A stretch of DNA of 64,000 bases from Eledone cirrhosa (Eukaryota). The number at the start of each line of letters is the position of its first letter. The stretch's first letter is position 1. Positions 13,530 through 27,000 of the stretch are shown here, one piece after another. The stretch is from the NCBI GenBank assembly GCA_964016885.1, contig OZ024748.1:18228001-18292000 (forward strand). Direction: 5' to 3'. A program made the translations under genes and the position numbers. Under the pieces are notes generated by a model. That model ran no database searches. It was not told the DNA's origin and worked only from the letters and a program-made list of their open reading frames with translations.

Positions 13530-13807
13530 TGGTGGCTGCCAACTCGTTTTCGAGTACAGCCACTACTTTATATCCATGTAGGAGAACCCCTACCGATGCG
13601 CTGAACGAGTGTAACTTTTTAGTCCAACCAGCGACTTGAAAACTCTGGTACAAACACTACATTTGTGACAATTATTGACACATAGTGCTGGGCCCATGGT
13701 ACCATGTGACGACAAAGGAGCTCTTAAGAGTCAATGGCCATCCAAAATCACCAGGGGAGATGACCCCTTAGCCTTTGTCAAGGCAGAATTCTAGGAGAAG
13801 GAAAACA
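13530..13807. mobile_element. Rearranged copy of the adjacent RTE-derived element (3' end plus inverted internal piece)
   Basis: 13530-13715 is a direct copy of 13868-14053. 13717-13806 is the reverse complement of about 14225-14315. (ACAT)n flanks. Confidence 0.8.
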
Positions 13808-13867
13808 TGCATACATACATACATACATACATACATACATACATACATACATACATACATACCTACA

Positions 13868-14478
13868 TGGTGGTTGCCAACTCGTTTTCGAGTACGGCCA
13901 CTACTTTATATCCATGTAGGAGAACCCCTACCGATGCACTGAACGAGTGTGACTTTTTAGTCCAGCCAGCGACTTGAAAACTCTGGTACAAACACTACAC
14001 TTGTGACAATTATTGACACATAGTGCTGGGCCCATGGTACTATGTGACGACAAGTGCAGAGAGATCTCCAGTTATAAAGCAATGCCTGTGCTGTGAAGCT
14101 TTTATAGTGAGCAAAGGCACTGCACGAAGCCAATCCCACTCTCTTAACCAAGATGATATTTACCAAAAAGAAGAACAAGTCAACATCATTGGATACCATC
14201 AGGGTTGCAGGTGTTATATCAGAGTTTTCTTTCTCCTAGAATTCTGCCTTGACAAAGGCTAAGGGGTCATCTCTCCCGGTGATTTTGGATGGCTATTGAC
14301 TCTTAAGAGCCCCTTTGCCTTTTGACAGGTTTTGTTTTTAGCCCTGCAGGATGTCCAAAGCCACCCTCCTCACCAAGAAACCTTGGTGGGGTTGCCAGTT
14401 TAGTCGCCAACGACTCGACCATGAGACAGGTTGTACTGGGATACATGTTACCAGTAGCACCAACTGGTGACCTGGCAC
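13868..14478 (-). mobile_element. Non-autonomous RTE-derived (bipartite) retroelement
   Basis: Non-coding and hairpin-rich, with an RTE 5'UTR-like motif GGCAGAATTCTAGGAGAAAGAAAACTCTGA. Its 3' end TGGCCGTACTCGAAAACGAG..(ATGT)n matches the tail of the RTE at 16579-16621. Confidence 0.7.
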
Positions 14479-14697
14479 ATAATACATACATACATACATA
14501 CATATATAACTGTTGAGTGCTCTAAATCAGTTATAAACATTTATGTTTGTCGGACTTCCAACAAATTAAATACCACTTCTACTTACATATATATATATAT
14601 ATATTTATATATAACCAAAGATTAGTATGGTTCGTTTATTACTCAATGAATACAATTTTACAATAGATTAGAAGCACTCAACTGTAAGTTTTCCTGG

Positions 14698-14934
14698 ATA
14701 TATATAAATATAATTCAAAATATTAACAAATGAAAAATATTCTCATAATCAAAATATATACTTTATTATATATATTTCAAAGGTACTGTGTTGTTTTTTC
14801 AGTACGTCCTTTTGTCTGATGAAGACGTACTGAAAAAACAACACAGTACCTTTGAAATATATATAATAAAGTATATATTTTGATTATGAGAATATTTTTC
14901 ATTTGTTAATATTTTGAATTATATTTATATATAT
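14698..14934. repeat. Fold-back palindrome (about 110-bp arms)
   Basis: Arms flank the 15-nt loop CTTTTGTCTGATGAA (14809-14823). Confidence 0.9.
14810..14871 (+). ncRNA. Minimal hammerhead motif
   Basis: TTTTGT-CTGATGA-AGACGTACTG...CAGTACCTTT-GAAA-TATATA-TA-ATAAAG. A 5'-truncated relative is at 19899-19948. Confidence 0.8.
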
Positions 14935-15019
14935 ATAAGTTTATCCCGGGTTCAATCGGGGGCAACCACAGTATGTAAGGTACTCAATACATAGCAGAGT
15001 ATGAATATTTAATATAGAA

Positions 15020-15114
15020 ATGGCTTCTACAGGACTAGAACTGTTTCATTCGGGAGAAATCATCTTCCTGATGATTTCTCCCGAATGAAACAGTTCTAGT
15101 CCTGTAGAAGCCAT
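15020..15114. repeat. 95-bp palindrome folding inside a hammerhead core
   Basis: 45-bp arms, loop TTCCT. The right half reads CTGATGA-TTTCTCCCGAAT-GAAA-CAGTTC. A sibling element is at 39289-39430. Confidence 0.85.
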
Positions 15115-15349
15115 ATATATATATATATATATAACACTTGCACCTCTCTAAGTCAATGTCACTGGACCGAGATCTTTGGCGCTACGCAGTAATACAGAAG
15201 ACCCGCCTTGCCTATGTACAAAGCGAAACCTACAGTCAGTAGGCACCTCTTAACCAAATATACACCCCAATCCACTACCCCCTATCCTATCCACCCACTC
15301 CCATCAACACCACCCTCTCTCTGTAAAGTTGGTACCACAACATCAAGTA

Positions 15350-16621
15350 TTTACTTCTATAATAAGAGACCTCTTGTATGTAGATGATTGAGATCTTGTA
15401 GCGCACACAGCGATTGATATGCAGCACATTTTGAATGCATTTTCTGATGCTTGCATTGCCCTAGGATTGATTGTCAGTCTCAAGAAAACGGTTGTCATGT
15501 ACCAACCTGCCCCTGGTAGGCAGTACAGTGAGCCAAATATTTATGTGTATGGTAAACGACTTGGAGTGGTTGATCAGTTTGTCTGCCTAGGAAGCATTGT
15601 CAATGGATACAGCAATCTTGATAATGAAATTCCACTCAGGATTAGCAAAGCAAGTGATGCTTTCGGAAAACTAGAAAGGCGCCTCTGGAGTCAGCGAAAC
15701 ATATGCAAGAAGACAAAGGTAAAGGTGTACAAGCCATGTGTGCTCTCCTCTCTTCTTTATTCCTGCGAGACCTGGGTCACATATCGACATCACCTTAAAC
15801 AGTTGGAACGTTTCCATCAGATGTGTTTCAGACGGACCTATGGCGTTCACTGGGGGACCACATCAGTGATGTCGAGATTTTGGAAAGGTCTCTATGTGAA
15901 AGCATAGAAGATCTTCTGCTTAAGCAAAGACTCCGATGGAGTGGTCACCTTACCAGGATTAAGGATTCTAGAATACCAAAAACAACTCTTTTATGGAGAG
16001 TTAGTTAAAGGAAAAAGACCTCCACATAAACCAAAAAAGAGGTATAAGGATTTGTTGAAAGCCTCATTGAAAGACGATAACATCTCTGCTGATATATGGG
16101 GAAGCGTAGCTGCTGATCTACATAAATGAAAAAAGACTGTACATGAGGGGAAAGTTGCTTTTGAAGCATCTCGAATCGCATACGAGAAAGTAGAAAGGCA
16201 TGTCAGGAAAGGCATTGTTGTTACAATTCCAGACAGCAAAAGTCCTCCTATGGCGCTGACATGCAGCGTCTGTGCCAGACTCTGCTCCAGTAAAGCTGGA
16301 CTTGAAAGTCATCTTCGCAGTCATAAAATGAAACCAGCGGTTGACTACCAGGCTGCTGTTGGAGATGCTACTCATCACACCTGTCCGGCATGTGGAAGAG
16401 AGTGTAGATCAGCTGGAGGGCTCAAACGATATGCGAAAGTACATGAAGTCCAACCACAGCCGCCTATTGCCAACTCTGTGCAAGACATTTTATATCATTG
16501 GCTGGGCTAAAAAGCCACATTCGATTGCAGCATTGTTAATTATATAATATATGTGTGTTTTTTTTTTTTATCGTGCAATGGCCATACTCGATAACGAGGG
16601 GGCAGCAAACATGTATGTATG
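15350..16621 (+). mobile_element. 5'-truncated RTE-clade LINE with C-terminal C2H2 zinc fingers
   Basis: [64 protein letters not shown]. Several stops and frameshifts; (ATGT)n tail. Confidence 0.9.
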
Positions 16622-17185
16622 TTCTTCTGGTTTACGTTCTGAGTTCAAATCCCGCTGAGGATAGCTTTGTCTTTCATCCTTATGAGCGTCGATAAAATAA
16701 AGTACCAGTAATGCACTGGGTCGATATTTCGACTTTTCCCCTCCTCCAAAATTGTTGGCCTTGTTCCTAAATCAGAAATCATTATCATAAATTCTAGAAA
16801 TTCTAACACAAGCCATAATATTCGTGTGTGTCGGTGTGTGAGAGGGCTACTGTCAAATATAACGACTTCAGTATATTAGGTCAACCTAACCTTTTAGTCT
16901 TCCGGGGGGTCCTTTTATTTAATTAACCCATCGCCATTAAATTGGAAGCCTAAATGTAAGAAAATCACACACACACACCTTCGGACTTAGATTCTTCGTC
17001 TCTTCCTCTCTAATCTGTATATATATATGTGCGTGTGTGTGTCTATGTATATATATATATATATATACATATATATATGTATACATGTATATTTATATAT
17101 ATATATGTATATTTATATATACATATGTATATTTATATATATATGTGTGTGTGTGTATGTATATATATGTGTGTGTGTGTGTATG

Positions 17186-17272
<87 letters not shown>

Positions 17273-17346
17273 CATTATCCAAGGAAAACTTGAACCGTTC
17301 AGGTATATTTTCCTTGGTTATGTCAAAATTTATAAAACACACTTCG

Positions 17347-17407
17347 TATTTTATCTGATGATAGCGTACCAAAATGTTGGTACCCTTGAAATATATATAA
17401 TAGAATA
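17347..17407 (+). ncRNA. Minimal hammerhead motif
   Basis: TATTTTAT-CTGATGA-TAGCGTACCAAAATGTTGGTACCCTT-GAAA-TATATA-TA-ATAGAATA. Confidence 0.8.
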
Positions 17408-18228
17408 AATATGGTTTTATAAATATAGTTTCCATTTATTTAATATCATTGTATATATATATATATATATGTGTGTGTGTATATACATATATATATATAT
17501 AAATGAAAGGTATAGAAAATATATATATATATACATACATGTATATACCCGCCGAAATGCGATTCTCGCTGAATTTATATTTGTATATATATATATATGT
17601 ATATGTATGTATGTACGTATATGTGTATAGCAACTAAACCCCCTTCTAATAGAAATCCTTTGAAAACCTAAAATGACTGAAAACGACTCCTTCCAGACGA
17701 AACAAAGTGCACATTGATCAATTAATCACGCCTGGCTCTATCGTTTTACTCAGTGTGACGTCACACTGGTGCTCCATGGCTTCTCCGTTAGCCACATGCT
17801 TGCTATTTATCTCTCGCTGTAGTAATAATAATACTAAGTATTCTTGTCTATTATATATCCAACAAATTTGACAGAGGTAGCGATAACAGACGTTTGTTTG
17901 TTTGCTTTTTTTTTTCTACATCTGTCTTCTACCTTTTCATTCCCCACCATTCATTTTGCGTTTTCTGAATAATGTGTAAAAAAACACTGTGTGAATATGA
18001 GGTTTTCAAGACGAATTTTGCAACAATTTCGACAATATTTGGATCATTATTCCCAGTTCAACCCGTCCCCACTTTCCATGAAACAGTTCATTGACTTCGG
18101 TAAGTAAAATAATAGTCTCATTGATGATTCACACGGACACATACATACATATATATATGTAAAAGTTCTATTTAAATTGTTGGGATACAAATATATATAA
18201 AGAGAGAGAAAGAGATATACTCATGTTT

Positions 18229-18261
<33 letters not shown>

Positions 18262-18275
18262 AATGAAAGGTATAG

Positions 18276-18311
<36 letters not shown>

Positions 18312-19007
18312 GACAGACAGAGCGAGAGAGACTTATGCGTACACATAAATATATACTAAGCTTCGCACAATTATATACACAGGCACGAGAGCGTTGTTAC
18401 ACATACACAGCGGCTGTGGTACTACTCTCGTTAACACACACACATATACAGATTACCGCAATACATAACACATACGCCTTCATATATAAGTTTAACCATC
18501 CTCATAGATACTATAATGTGTATGTATGTAGTCATACACGCTTTCATGCTTGTGCAATACATACATAAGCACTTGAACGTATATAGACAGCGGTGACGCA
18601 TACATGCATGACTGGACAAATTGTATACACATAAACCCGAACGCACACACATACATGAACGCGCGCACACACGTACGAGAACGACGCACACATAAACATA
18701 TATGCACAGCGGGAACACACACATGCACGCACTTACATACATAAACACCTGAACACACACATGAACGCACACTCACATCTACGCAGCGTTATACATCTAA
18801 CTGCATAAATATATACCTGTCTCTATCTCTCTCTATATATACCACTAATTATACACCTACATCCACATATATATATATATTTATTTATGTGTATATATTT
18901 TTATATACAAAAACATACTTGCTTTTTTCTTTCTTTTATATTCTTATTTTGATCTTATGAAAACTAACCTTGCTATTTATTTTACTTATGCCATGGTGGG
19001 ACACCGC

Positions 19008-19042
<35 letters not shown>

Positions 19043-19823
19043 GTTTCTACGTTTGGCACAAGGCCAGCAATTACCAGTACATTACTGGTACTTTATTTTA
19101 TCGACCCCGTAAGGATGAAAGGCAAAGTTAACCTCGGCGATAATGGTGTCTGATTTAGGCACAAAGAAAATTCGGAGGGAGAGGAGATTCGATTGAATTT
19201 AATCGAACCCAATGCATTATTGGTACTTTATTTTATCGACTCCGTAACTGCCTTATATATATATATATAATGATTTCTTCGCAACAAGCGAGGGAAACTC
19301 GAGTATGGATGAAAATAAATGTGAACAATTTTGAATGAATAAAGCATAAACTCTACTACACGTATTGAGTACATTTTCTCCTGTTTATGTGTATATATAT
19401 ATATGTGTGTGTTTATATATATACAGGGTGTTCCCCCAAAATATATACACACTTCAACATCATTCTAGTAATATTGTGTACACATTTTTGGGGGACGAAA
19501 ATTCAAATTCAAACTGCGATTCCGATGTGAAAAATATGGTCGGTTGTCATCTAAAAATGCAAATATATTTTGAGTGATTGACTGGAACAAAAAGCCATTT
19601 ATTTATTTGGCATTTTCTGATCAACACTGACTTCATTCATTGCTGGAATGCTTCTTTCATCTACACTGACTTTTTGCCGTGTATTTTGTCTTGATATATA
19701 TATATATATAATCGAATAGAATCTTCTATCGACCTCCCGTCCGTTTATTTACTATTTAACCTATCTTTCATTAGAATTGAGTGCATTTTTTCGACACTGG
19801 ACTACCTATCTATCTAACACTCT

Positions 19824-19900
<77 letters not shown>

Positions 19901-21192
19901 ACGTACTGAGGAAATAGCACAGTACCTCCGAAATATATATAATAAAATATATTTGATTACATGAATGTCTATATTTATTAATATTTTGAATTTATATATA
20001 TATATATATATAATGTATGTATGGCATACCATTCTCTTCCGTATGAAAGAATATAGGTTGCGATTAAGTATCATAAAATAGACATTAGACTCATTGTCTC
20101 GACTCGAACCACCATTATTAAAGTCTGTGTGTGAAGCTCTTCTATATATATATATATATATATATATTCTAGTCCAGTAGAAATAATTTCTATAATAAAA
20201 TGAATATATATATCCATCCGTATGTGGTTAACTGCCAAGAGAAAAGAGTACTCAATACCGAAGTAGAGTTTTAATATTCATTTTTATTAAGGCTGAATAG
20301 TGAGTCTTGTTACTCTGGCATTTCGCCTGTTTATCACAATCAGACAAGAACACACCACACACATATATACATATATATAGTCTCTCCGGTCTCGGGATGC
20401 CTGTAAAGGCCACGGGGACTGTCCTTTTTCTCAGATCTACCAAATAAAATAACACACACACGCATACACACGCACACACTCGTGTACACATGCACACACA
20501 AACACATAGTGCTAGTGTTAGGCATGTTTTGTTTTGTTTTTCTGAATACAGACGACATTAAAAACACAAATTCCTATTTCTTTACTGTACATTCCTTACA
20601 TATATTACTGTATCACTGTTGATGTTATTGTTATAGAAATCCAACAGCAATTTCTCATTTCTAAAATTAAATTTTGTTGCCATCAACCACAGTTTTTGTT
20701 TGTATAAACATATATAGTTGAAAATGAACAAACAAAACACAGGAAGCAATTGTACAGTTATATATATATATACACACGCATATGTGTGTGTACGTAGGTA
20801 TGTGTGTTAACTTTCACATGAAATTCCTGTTCATAGAACAGATATCGTATTTTTAATTAACCTCAGTGATTTATTTAAGAGTGATGTATCATCCATTCAT
20901 TTGCCACTGAGAAAATTAGAAAGTCAAAGAATTAACATAAAAATCAATGTCAACCGCCTCCCTCCCTATATCGATCGATCGATCTACATATTTATATAAC
21001 ATACACACTCAGTTATTTCAGTATTAAGATAAACTCAACTCTCGATATGTAAACATAGATGTACTACTAATTTCATGAAAACAGTATGTGTATATATATG
21101 GCAACATGAATGGACCTGTTATTTTTATCTAAAGACATTTTTTCCAATTCCATCCCGCCCGTCCCTTCAATCTATCTTATTTCTCATTCTTT

Positions 21193-21226
21193 CTTCTGAT
21201 GAAGGACTAGCGTCCGAAACGTTAAG
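21193..21226 (+). ncRNA. Very compact hammerhead motif
   Basis: CTT-CTGATGA-A-GGAC-TAGC-GTCC-GAAA-CG-TT-AAG, the CTGATGAAG...GAAACG signature of Penelope-like repeats. Stem I is only 3 bp. Confidence 0.7.
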
Positions 21227-21314
21227 TCGCTCTTTCTGCTATTTCAAGCGTTAACCTAATATATTCCTTCCATATACTGTACCGATTGTGTTGTTAATTC
21301 TATTTACGTTTTAC

Positions 21315-21346
<32 letters not shown>

Positions 21347-22139
21347 GTTATGGAATACTGCTAGCTTCTCGCTACAACAATTTCTATACCTTTCATTTAT
21401 ATATATATATATATATATAAAGTTATAAAGATAGATGGAGAAGTTAAACGGAGCTCAAAATAAAGTAATTTATTATAAAAGCAATACAAAAGAATTTTCC
21501 AAAAAGGCATGTATACAAAATCCTATTGTGCTAAAAATAATATATATATATATATTTAACCTGTTAGTTTTTTCGTTGCTCTGGTATTGTGTGTTAGGTT
21601 TTGCCTACCACAATGTTCTATTTAAACGCATGTTGTTACTCTAAGGACCTATCCTTATTGAGTGCTTTGCTAACTCATTCATATTGTAGGTCGACTTTGC
21701 TTGCCCACAGCCAAAGCTTCGATTTTACTAAGCTTCCACATGTATACACACACACACACACACACCACTGAACTGGGTGTTTTGAAAACTAGTGTACTTA
21801 ATGCATGTGATCTGAGTGTAAGGTACATTCCCTAATGAGAAAGGTGGTGACTTCGAAGTTTCAGCTATTGCTTAAAGTAACTAGGAGATGTAATAGTTGA
21901 AACTTCGAAGTCACTGTCACCTTTCTCTGCAGGATATATATATATTTATATATAATATAGCAAGGGTGAAAATATAACTCTGTTTGCATGTAGAGAGTTA
22001 TATAGGAGTGTGTATGATATATGATTGCCAAATAGTTTTATATAAAGCTCAATGTGTTTCTGTAGTTATGGGTGGAAGATATGAGGATAAGAACTTTATT
22101 TTATCTTTTTCTTTGGTTATCAGAAGTCTGGGGCCGATT

Positions 22140-22345
22140 ATGTTGGTGTCTTCCCTGAAAGGCCTGCGGGGTATTTGTGCTAGTTTTGCAACAAAACCTG
22201 TATCTCTGCTGCTGGACCCAAGTGGCACATGAGAGTGCATAAGGAGGAAGTTACTGTCCGTGAGACTCGTGTGTGTCACATCTGTAAAACAGTATGTAGG
22301 AGCGAAGTAATATGCGGGGGGCTCATGTCCGTTCAGCACAATACT
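22140..22345 (+). mobile_element. Decayed C2H2 zinc-finger tail of an RTE-like LINE
   Basis: LC*FCNKTCISAAGPKWHMRVH...VCHICKTVCRS resembles the zinc fingers at 16250-16445. Confidence 0.55.
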
Positions 22346-23346
22346 GAAGAGATAACTCTCTTCTGTAAAGAAGTCACACTTATATATATATATATATATA
22401 TATACATACATGCTTGTCACAAACTAATGAATGTTTTCATTGGACGTCCAACTCCTATTAGAACCCCAAACAAACACAGCTGACTTATTCTCAAGATTGC
22501 TGGCCTTCTGCCAAAAGTAGAAACAATTATTACACTAACGACGGTGCCACTCTGTGGTTGGTTGCTCGAGATTCTAGATATAGCAGCCAAATCTCATTCA
22601 AACTATACTTCTTAGTATTTAGTTAGGGAGGGAAGGGCCAATGCTCATGGCCTTTTGAGAGCTTCGGGGACTGTTGGGAGAAAGGGAAGACGGCATCTTC
22701 AATCTGGAAACCTGGTCTGAATCTTTACGTGGTCGATGAAATAAAGTACGATTTATTCGACTTCCCCCTCCTCCAAATCTGTCTAAATCAGAAACTAATA
22801 TTGAATACAAATCGTTAGAGCGTCCTACAAAATGCTTTGCGGCATTTGAACTGACTTATTTCGTTCTGAGTTTAAATCCTATTGAGGTCAACTTTGTCTT
22901 TCATTCCGCTACGGAGCGGATAAAATAAAGTACCGGTTAGGACCTGAAGGGGAGTCGATTTGACCCACTTTCTACCATTCTACCACCATCACCACCAAAA
23001 TAGCTGGCTTTGTGCCTAAATTAGAAACCATTGTTATTGCTGTCCAGCTTGTACTAGATTTCCAACGAAACCGTTTTACACTCATTCATTCAAGCTCCGA
23101 TTACCAGTGAGTTGTAGTTAGTTATGTCGAACAGCTGTGGGACATTTCGGTGATCGGCTGTGTCCGTTATGAAGATCGTCCCCACTGTTTTCTTTTGGCC
23201 AAGAAGAGCAGGCGGTTTCCCTAAGCTTGAACTGGTAGTAATGGCGAAAGAGGTTGGTTGTATGGTCGATGTGACCTAAAGATTGAAAGCAAGTTGTCGC
23301 CATGGGCCAAGCTTTCAAGTTCCACTTGTAGAGGAAAGTGTGCGTG

Positions 23347-23383
<37 letters not shown>

Positions 23384-23679
23384 ATATATAAGAACAATTG
23401 TTCTTATATATTATGTATACTCCAGTCCTACAAACTGTAGAGTGCTTCTTATCCGATATCTGCATTGCTTTATTGTACTACAATAAAACTCACCTCCTAC
23501 ATATATATATATATATATATAGTAATAATAATAAATGTGAAGACTAAAATCCAGTTTCAGAAGATCCCGTCAAGGGTGAAAGCAGCGATTCTTTGCTTAA
23601 ACTTTAATCTGTTATTTTGTTAACCTAATATATCCCTTCCATATACTGTACCGATTGTTATTTGTTTACCTTTTACAGT

Positions 23680-23726
<47 letters not shown>

Positions 23727-25264
23727 GGGGTAACTCTCCAGTAAATTTGTTGAAATATGGGTAAGAATGGTGAGCATGGCCCCAATACGTTCAGTATGTG
23801 CCTGTATGACGGGGAATAGAGCAACTATTATTTTTGGAAGTCAAGGCAATCCAGGCTCAGTGGTTACCTCCTTTGTTAAGGACCTTTCTTTCCTTGTTGA
23901 TAGTATATGTCGTTATTTTCTCTATCTTGTGCTGCCCGGTCCTCAACGTCTCGGGGAGCCCTTGGGTCCAATAAAATAAAACATCACTTTGCTCTGGTAT
24001 TCAGCAATAGACCTCATCCCCCTTGTTACTCTGGCAAATGGGCAGTGTAATTAGAATGTCAGATAGAAAGCTTTGCAGTATTCGTTTCTGCTCTCTCAGA
24101 TCAAATCCCGCCGAGATCAACTTTGCCTTTCATCTATTTGAAGTCGATAAATTAAAAAAAAGTACCAGTCTCGTACTGGTGTCGATTTTTTCCTCTATAT
24201 TTCTTTCACATTCACCCCCAATCCGTCCCCTCTCTCGAAGAAATATGGTATATTCAGACCTGGACACCACCAAGTTTAAAATGCCTTCCTCTCTCCAAAC
24301 ACTTTGTCAATACGGTGCCCCTACGACTCCATCAGGAGTTACAGGACCATACCATTCCTCTCCGATCAAATAGACCTAAGCCTAAAGCGTGCCAATCATG
24401 ACTATCTCATCTCATCTTATTGTCACATAACATACTGAATATTACAATACTCAAACTCAATGTGTCTCTGCTTTTCTTTTTGTTTTAATGTTGTAGGGTG
24501 TGATTTGAGAAGTAAATTCCTGGCTGTTGTTTCTGTTAGGTCCTTTAACTGTCGATCTAAAAACATCACCATTTCACGTTAATGTTTAGATGCCTTTGTT
24601 TTCTTCTCTCTTCGTCTCCCCCATGTTCTAGTTGACACGAGACAATGGAAATTTCCGTTGCTATAGTGCTGCCGTTATTGGAACCGTAAGCAGATATATA
24701 GCCGCAATTTCAGCGAGAAAATAATGTCACAGCGGGAAATTAAAAACATGTTACGTTTCATTTAGATATTAAAAATGATAGTTAAATTAAACACACTGTT
24801 TAATGGTCATTACACGTAGTATGTGAAATACACGCACGCACGCACACACATATGTATGTACATGAAAGCACATACATTCTCTCTCAAACACACACACATA
24901 TATATTTGTATACATACTTAACACGATTACACAATGACAACAGTATATGTGTGCGTGTGATGCTACACGTATATGAAAACAAAATCACTTTATCTAATAT
25001 CTTAAAACAATAATAAAAAAAAATCCAATACTTCATTCTTCTGTACATTCTTTTGGCGCTTCTCCGCTCTTGAAATAGACATTGCATAAACTAAGATTTA
25101 GAGTTTGGGTCTGGGCTTAGGTTTAGGATTTCATTGCGTTATGTAACTTTTGTTTCAATTTGGAATGTCGGAGGTTGATATTATTGGTAATGGAGATCGA
25201 GTGAAGAAAATGAAAATATTTCGTACGATTCACCATATTCATTTTGCATGATCTGCTCATATAT

Positions 25265-25345
25265 ACAGTGCCCCCTCCCCCCAATGTATACACACTTTGA
25301 TTACAATGCAGTTGAAGTGTGTATACATTTTTTGGGACACCCTGT
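25265..25345. mobile_element. Tc1/mariner-type MITE
   Basis: TA-flanked imperfect TIRs ending TTTTTGGGACACCCTG-TA. Relatives at 19422-19497 and 26287-26389. Confidence 0.65.
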
Positions 25346-26026
25346 ATATATTTGTTGACAGATACATAATTATATTTATTATACACATTTCTGTGACACT
25401 AGGGACTGTTATGCAATCATTACACATATATATGTATATATATATATATCTGTGTGTATGTGTGTATGTATGTGTGTATACATGTGTGTATATATATATG
25501 TGTATGTGTGTATATATATATATATATATACATGTATATGTATATACACATATGAGCCAACAAGCGAACCCTAACCAATTCGAACCTTAAACCTAACGTA
25601 TGTACGCAATGAATCTGGTGTGAAGCAGGCGAAATATTTTCATGTTCTTCACCCGAATGTCATTTATTGTCAGTGATAAACGTTAATAAAGTTGTTGCTA
25701 CCATTAAGCCAACTAAGCAGACGATTAAGGCGCTGACTTTATAGAAGCGCATTATTTTTGCCCCTAAAGACGTTTTGCCAATTTTATTCATCTTTTTCAC
25801 GAGCTGTGCAATTGTGCAATGATCGGTGGCAACACCGAAACAATTGTAAGACATTAAATGAGATATGAACCTTATTCTATATTTTTCTTTGGTTGGTTAT
25901 ATATATATGAAGGTCGTCTGCTCCATATAAAGCTTGAACACTTCTTGCACTTTATGTATGTATATATATATATATATATATAAAACAAAGTGAGGTTTCG
26001 CATTAAGGTTTTTATTGATTATACAT

Positions 26027-26083
26027 AGTTACGACCGTTTCACAGATGGATGGCTCCAGCACGATCTGCTCTTCAGACTTGTT
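26027..26083 (-). ncRNA. Hammerhead core with degenerate stem I
   Basis: Reverse complement: CTGAAGA-GCAGAT...ATCTGT-GAAA-CGG-TC, giving a GUC triplet. Confidence 0.55.
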
Positions 26084-26772
26084 AATCAAAGCCAAAATAT
26101 TATATCATCATATATATATAGAGAGAGAGTTAAAATAGTAAGACCATTATTCGACAGAGTATTCGATACTTAGATTAGTAGAGTGTGACTGGATTAGATA
26201 GATTCGGGGCTCAATGCCGTTTCGACTGCTAATTCCAGATTGGAAACGTCAGGAGGTCAGCCTTATGTATATATATATATATACACACAGGGTGCCCCCA
26301 AAACTCTATACACAATTCAACAGCATTCTAATAAATATTCCCTGTACATGTAATCAAAGTGTGTATACATTTGGTGGGGACCCCCTGTATATATGTGTAT
26401 GTGTGTTAACGCGTAACGTTATTAATATATGTCTCTATTTGAGCTCTCTCTCTCTCTATATATAATTGTTTCTACTTTTGGCATAAGGCCAGCAATTATC
26501 CCATTACATTACTGTTGCTTTATTTTATCGACCCCGTAAGGATGAAAAGCAAAGTTAACCTCAGCGGGATTTGAACTTAGACCGCAAAGGGGCGTAACTC
26601 TAAGCTGCAAAGCATGGCGTCCGACCGTCTATATATATATTATACATGAAATACAGTTGTCATGTAGCTAGAAATTATTCTGCTTCCTTTCAGTGTCAAT
26701 ACAGAGTGAATAATATAGGTGGATAATTACAGTGCATTTGTGTTGAGCTCGGGTGATTAATGATATATATAT

Positions 26773-27000
26773 ACGTGTGTGAATATAGCTGTAGATACGT
26801 GTGTGAATATAGCTGTAGATACGTGTGACTATAGCTGTAGATACGTGTGAATATAGCTGTATATACGTGTGAATATAGCTGTATATACGTGTGAATATAG
26901 CTGTATATACGTGTGAATATAGCTGTATATACGTGTGAATATAGCTGTATATACGTGTGAATATAGCTGTATATAGCTGTATATAGATGTATATACGTGT
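26773..27000. repeat. 22-bp minisatellite
   Basis: (ATACGTGTGAATATAGCTGTAT)n. Confidence 0.95.

Noticed and set aside
14225-14275. HDV-like ribozyme on + (..GCC..GGCTAAGGGG)
   Set aside because: Could not assign P1/P3/P1.1 consistently, and it would be antisense to the element's inferred orientation.
16250-16510. C2H2 zinc-finger ORF as a host ZNF gene
   Set aside because: Contiguous with the decayed RTE ORF, followed by the LINE tail, and lacks TGEKP linkers.
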